DNA of 42,987 nucleotides from Nemertoderma westbladi (taxonomy: Eukaryota > Animalia > Xenacoelomorpha), in the NCBI GenBank assembly GCA_032718475.1, contig JAUCBJ010002533.1:1-42987 (forward strand), given 5' to 3'. The position numbers and the translations under genes were made by a program. Shown one piece after another: positions 38,300 to 42,987 of the stretch (position 1 is the stretch's first letter; each line of letters starts with the position of its first letter). Under the pieces are notes generated by a model. The model worked only from the letters and a program-made list of their open reading frames with translations. It was not told the DNA's origin and ran no database searches.

Positions 38300-39390
38300 T
38301 TGTATAATAATATCACTGTGGGTCTGTTCCTGGACCTCTCTAAGGCGTTTGATACTGTCAACCATAAAATATTAATTCAAAAACTCGAACACTACGGTAT
38401 TCGTGGGACGCCTTTGGATTGGTTCAGGAGCTACCTAACAGATCGTCAGCAAAAAGTGCTATTTAAATCGACCCTATCACATTCTAGTACAGTAACTTGT
38501 GGCGTTCCCCAAGGGTCTATTCTTGGACCGGTACTATTTCTGATTTATATTAATGATATTACTGAATGTTCATCCATTCTAAATTTTGTTCTTTTTGCCG
38601 ATGACACGAATATTTTCCACTCAGGATCTGTCTTAAATATACTCATTGATCAACTTAACAGCGAATTACTTAATATATATAAATGGCTTGCAACAAATAA
38701 ACTATCCCTAAATTTAGATAAAACTAAGTTTATAATAATTTCTACTAAACAATACAGCTGGGCAAACAAACACATTTTGATTAACGGAAACTTAATCGAA
38801 AAAGTAAATGAAATAAAATTTCTAAGTTTTCTAAAATTTCTAAAGTAGTGACTTAAAATGGAACAAGCATATTCAATACATACAACTAAAAATAGCTAAA
38901 AATGTGGGAATTCTTGATAAACTTTTTCATCCCGTACAAAATTCGCCTGACATTATACCACACACTGATCCGCCCATATCTCACATTCGCACTTACGATA
39001 TGGGGCAATGGTGCCAGTTCAAATAGTACAGCTACAAATTCATTACTTATTTTACAAAAAAGGGCAAATTCGCTACATTCACAACATTCAATACCACACA
39101 GAGGAACTCATGAAAACCCAGAACGAATTAACATTATCTAATATATATAAATATCAATGTTTTCTTTTCATGTACAAATATATTAAGCTTAAATAAAAAT
39201 AGAAATAACAGACGAATTGATACATTGCTAATTATTTACAACGTGGCTTGTGTGGTAAGGTATAGGACATGATCAGATGCATTGATTTCAGATGATATGA
39301 ATCTGATATTTCAAACAATAACTAAACTAAAAGTATATCGTAATGAACTATGATTTAATAAAGTCTGTCTGCAGTCTGTACTGTCTGTGC
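38300..39390 (+). pseudogene. Degenerate 5'-truncated L2/CR1-group RT fragment
   Basis: [33 protein letters not shown] and LFADDT, with frameshifts after ~38820 and AATAAA plus a (GTCT)n-like tail at ~39357-39390. Confidence 0.88.
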
Positions 39391-39739
39391 ATAGAAAGTT
39401 TATTTTGGAAAATATATTTATGTGGGCCCTCATAAAGCCACGAACAATCATGTCAGTTAACCATTCCTATATTACATCAGCAACACACAGGATAGGATAA
39501 ACATTTTTGCATTTGACGTTGTTTAGGTTGGTGTACAAAGTAATGTGTGGGGGGAGGGGATAGATTCGGTGGCACAATGACAAGCGTACAATGACACGCG
39601 GGATGTAGGCTAATGATAACCTTAACAGAAGGTACTACTAAATAAGGAAAATTAATAAAGTGATGCGTTTCGTGATTTAAATCGACTTCTCCAAGATGAA
39701 TTTCTAACTTAATCCAAATTAGCACCAAATGTCGTGCCC

Positions 39740-40530
39740 ATCACCAAAAAGTACAAGTTTGCGATGTCGAGTGCTGTTTTTATTGATTCCATCGGATTCA
39801 GGACCCTCATAAACCCGTATATCGCAAGAAACAAGATGATACTATCTACTCATCAATTTGCTTATTTTCCAAAATTTGGTGCTGGCACAACAATTTTCAC
39901 TCACCGGCGAAAAATACAAGTTTGAAAACTCTTATGAAATTTTTACTGATTCCATTGAGTTCAGAACCCTCACAAACCCGTATAACGCAAGAAACAAGAT
40001 GGCACAATCAATTGATATATTTGATGGTTTTCAAAATTTGGTGCTAGCACCACATTTTGCACCCACTTCCGAAAAATACAAGTTTGAGATGTCTAGTTCG
40101 ATAATTATATATTCCATTGAATTCAGAACAGCCATAAACCTCTAAAACGTAAGAAATAAATTGTCACAAGCAATTTTATCTATTGAATGGATTTTCAAAA
40201 TTTTGTGCTATTTATTTTGAATTCCATCCAATTTCTAACTCTAAAAAACCGGTGTAAATCAAAAATAGAGATGTTACAATTCATATTCAATGAAATTTAA
40301 TTTTCAAAAAACGTCTCAAAAAAAGTGCCATAAGTACGGTTAAAAAATGGTGCTCTAACTCGTAAACTACACAATATTTTTGAAAACGGTATTCACTACT
40401 AGGAAGACAACAGATTTTTAGGAAAAGTCATAAAATTTCAGATGCCCAACTGCGTTTGTTTCAGAATTATAATAAAGAAACCACGGGGAAGGTCATATTG
40501 ACCCCACCCCTCCGGGTTTAATAGGGTTAA
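39740..40530. mobile_element. Non-autonomous DNA-element remnant with ~162-bp internal tandem repeats (~3.5 copies) ending in ATAGGG|TTAA
   Basis: AAA.TACAAGTTTG..GATTCCAT.GA.TTCAG..AAACC.GTA..AAGAAA.AA recurs at ~39748, 39911 and 40073. The terminus CCCC..GGGTTTAATAGGGTTAA ends at 40530. Confidence 0.6.
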
Positions 40531-41379
40531 TCCGGCACTGGGGTAGAAGCTATTGTAAGTAGATGTATCAAAGGATATGTCATCTGCAAAGTACATGTAA
40601 CCAATAATGATACCCTGGAGCTAACTGAACTGTTATTGGGTAACCGTGCTAAGCAAATGCCCTGATTGACTGATTACTAGGGCTGCTGGTAAATTACTTT
40701 ATTACAGTGACTGATTCCCAATTCCAAACCTCGACTTCTCCTATGACAAATTTGTAAAAAAAGGTTATAAAAGTTTTGTTTGAAAAAAATATTAGAATTT
40801 GTTAACCTATTTATTTAATTGCACAAGTTTACAAGTTATTAATACTAGAACACCATTTCAAACGCAAGGAAATAAAAAAAACACAAAAATATCAGTGTTT
40901 CTCGGTTCATATTATAAAATACTGATGGGTGAGTGCTGGGGCTTTATGTGACGTTCTCAGTACATCGGTGGTTCTAATTAATAACTTATTATATAATGTG
41001 ACAATGGCGACAAGTTGCCATCTCACTCACCCCATGCCTTGTAAAGGCTTAACCCAATTATTTTATTTTACAATGACAATAATATTACTTAGTCTTGAGT
41101 TCAATTGTTGCGACTATAGAGTTAATATCAGGACCTAAATATATTTACCAAATTTACATTGAAAAAAACATTTCTCGGATGTCATGGGTCAATCCCAGCA
41201 TGGGGTCCAGGGCAGTTTTCAAATCGGTACGAATGATTTTAAGGAACTAGCCACTAGGCAGGGCGTATCTCTGCCTTTACTGGTAGCCACACATGAGTAC
41301 TGGAATTTCCTCTGGGGGGGGACCGCAAATGAAATCATTATTTACATTTATAAACGGAATACAGTATAACAATGTAAAT

Positions 41380-41901
41380 ATTATATTATTTTATTAAATT
41401 TTTTACACACACTTTATTTATAAGTATGTTACAGGGCATAAGTATAACAATAACACTATGGCACTCCATGTTAATTAAAGTTCAATATAATTATTGTTCA
41501 CACATATTGTTCGCAATTTGCTTTGTTTAGGATAAATTGAAACTAAAACCCTCGGCATCCCAGCACCATCCTCTGAACATCAGTCCACTTCTCCACTTTA
41601 CCCTCGAACCACGAAGGCAAAGGGAGGCCCCACGGCTTACCGCGAATTGGACCCTGGTACGGACCCAACCCATCGTGGTACTGAAGGGCTTACCCCACGA
41701 CCGGTGCAGTCTGTCCGCTAGGATGTGGAGAAAGTGGATCGCTAGCGGTGCCAGAACTGCGTCGCAGGAAGAGACGAATGGCGAGAAGTAATCACGCCGA
41801 GCTGAGGCGGCATCCTCATAGAGGAGAGCCTTCAGCCGATTCGAGGACAGACTAGGGGAGCGGCCCACGTAAGAACCGGTGTCAATGTTTAATAACCGCA
41901 A
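41380..41901 (-). mobile_element. 3' fragment of a CRE-like element (end of the RLE endonuclease region plus AT-rich tail)
   Basis: DTGSY..RSP..YEDAASARRDYFSPFVSSCD..LADRL..WGKPFS..GWVRTRVQFA..RGASLCLRGSRVKWRSG matches my recollection of a CRE RLE C-terminus. Confidence 0.78.
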
Positions 41902-41984
41902 TAGGATACAGGAAATAGGCTGTATGAAATAGGTTTGTGCGTAATCCCTGGCCTAACAGCTGAAGTAAATTTACTTTAGTTTAC

Positions 41985-42340
41985 TCCACAATACCTGGTC
42001 ATGCTCTCTCAGTTGACTGAGAGCGAAAACTCGCTGCCCACTTGGAAGAGTGCCTCAACTTAGGTATGGGATTCACCCCCTTGTTGTGGTGGAGGATCAG
42101 GGGGGATGGGATTCCCACACCAAAACCATCCTTGAGTAAAGCTGCAGACGAGCTTAAACCATGGCATTCCTGTGTCCGACTAAGTCAAGTACCTATTCCA
42201 GTGCTTGTCTGTGTCCTTGTGGAGTGGGAATGGGAATGCTGCAATGTGGCTCTGCAGAAGCCCAGTTTTTATGGTTGGTTACTTACATGGTGATCAATAC
42301 TTTACACACATCACATCTTCAATAGATGTTTTATGGTTAT
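41985..42340 (+). mobile_element. 3' fragment of a different CRE-like subfamily (RLE C-terminus), frameshifted
   Basis: Joining frames gives PGHALSV.*ERKLAAHLEEC..GMGFTPL/VVEDQGGW../KYLFQCLSVSLWSGN..AAMW, similar to the recalled motif RK...H...C...G..F.PLVVE..GGW...LFQRLS.SLWRGNA. Confidence 0.65.
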
Positions 42341-42987
42341 AAATGAATTATTGATGAATATGGGTTATTAATAGTGTAGATTTATTTAAGTAGTTTCAAA
42401 AACAAGTGCGATAAAGTTCAAAATGAAACCTGGTTATACTCAAACACGTGTCACCTTTTCAAGACTAATTGTGATCCGCCTGATGTATCAGGTTGCGTTG
42501 AAAAGCCAACTACCAGTGTTGATTAAAATACAATGTTGTTCTGTTCAATGTGCCGGTTTTGGAGGAGTTAACACATCATTACTTGTCTTCTTTCGTTTGG
42601 GAAGAGTTTTTTGCTAACAGTGTCCGAATTTCAGATGTGTCATTCCTGTAGTAAAGTTGTCCTTCTCTGTTATCAAAATCATAAACTTGTTCTTGCAATT
42701 GCTTTTCTGGGAACATCATCGCAATGAAAAATCCTGAAAGATAATATTTACATATACAGGAAGCAGTAGGCATACTAAGTACGAAAGTGATACAAAGTAG
42801 AACATTGTACAGTATATCACTTAACTGAATTCGTCCTTTTGTGTACTTAGAATGACTATAATTTTATATACCATGATGACCCTTACCTATTGTAGTTATA
42901 CATCCAACAAAAATGTATAACCCAGACCACCCCAAGGACTCGGCTAATGGTGTGGATAGGGCTGTCATCAGGAGAGAAACAACAGCT

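Noticed and set aside
41180-41330. SINE-like GC-rich patch with B-box-like GGGTCAATCCC
   Set aside because: No A box, tail or TSD could be identified.
42920-42987. HDV-ribozyme-like CGGCTAATGG and a minus-strand CTGATGA
   Set aside because: The required pairing elements could not be built, and the window ends here.

Overview
This is an AT-rich eukaryotic window, probably from an invertebrate animal (inference). It consists almost entirely of repeats and nested transposon debris, and I found no credible host gene. The first ~8.4 kb is a 36-bp satellite with a ~2.8-kb higher-order duplication. The most interesting content is four fragments of CRE-clade-like (RLE-type) non-LTR retrotransposons from two subfamilies. 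Two of these carry a Ulp1/SENP-type (peptidase C48) domain ahead of the RT region, followed by a SAP motif in one copy (9.9-13.35 kb, +) and a PHD finger in the other (20.3-17.6 kb, -). Each is split by a younger insertion whose removal restores the reading frame. Other retroelements are a young 5'-truncated LINE with a 15-16-bp TSD, a near-complete L2/CR1-group LINE whose putative ORF1 and ORF2 are in frame across one UGA-CUA stop, and a degenerate L2/CR1 RT. The window also holds a decayed hAT transposase, a ~55-bp G-rich minisatellite, a foldback element, a 1.4-kb direct-repeat-flanked mini-element, a degenerate hammerhead-like motif and TTAA-bounded MITE-like pieces. All calls come from manual motif reading; no database searches were run.
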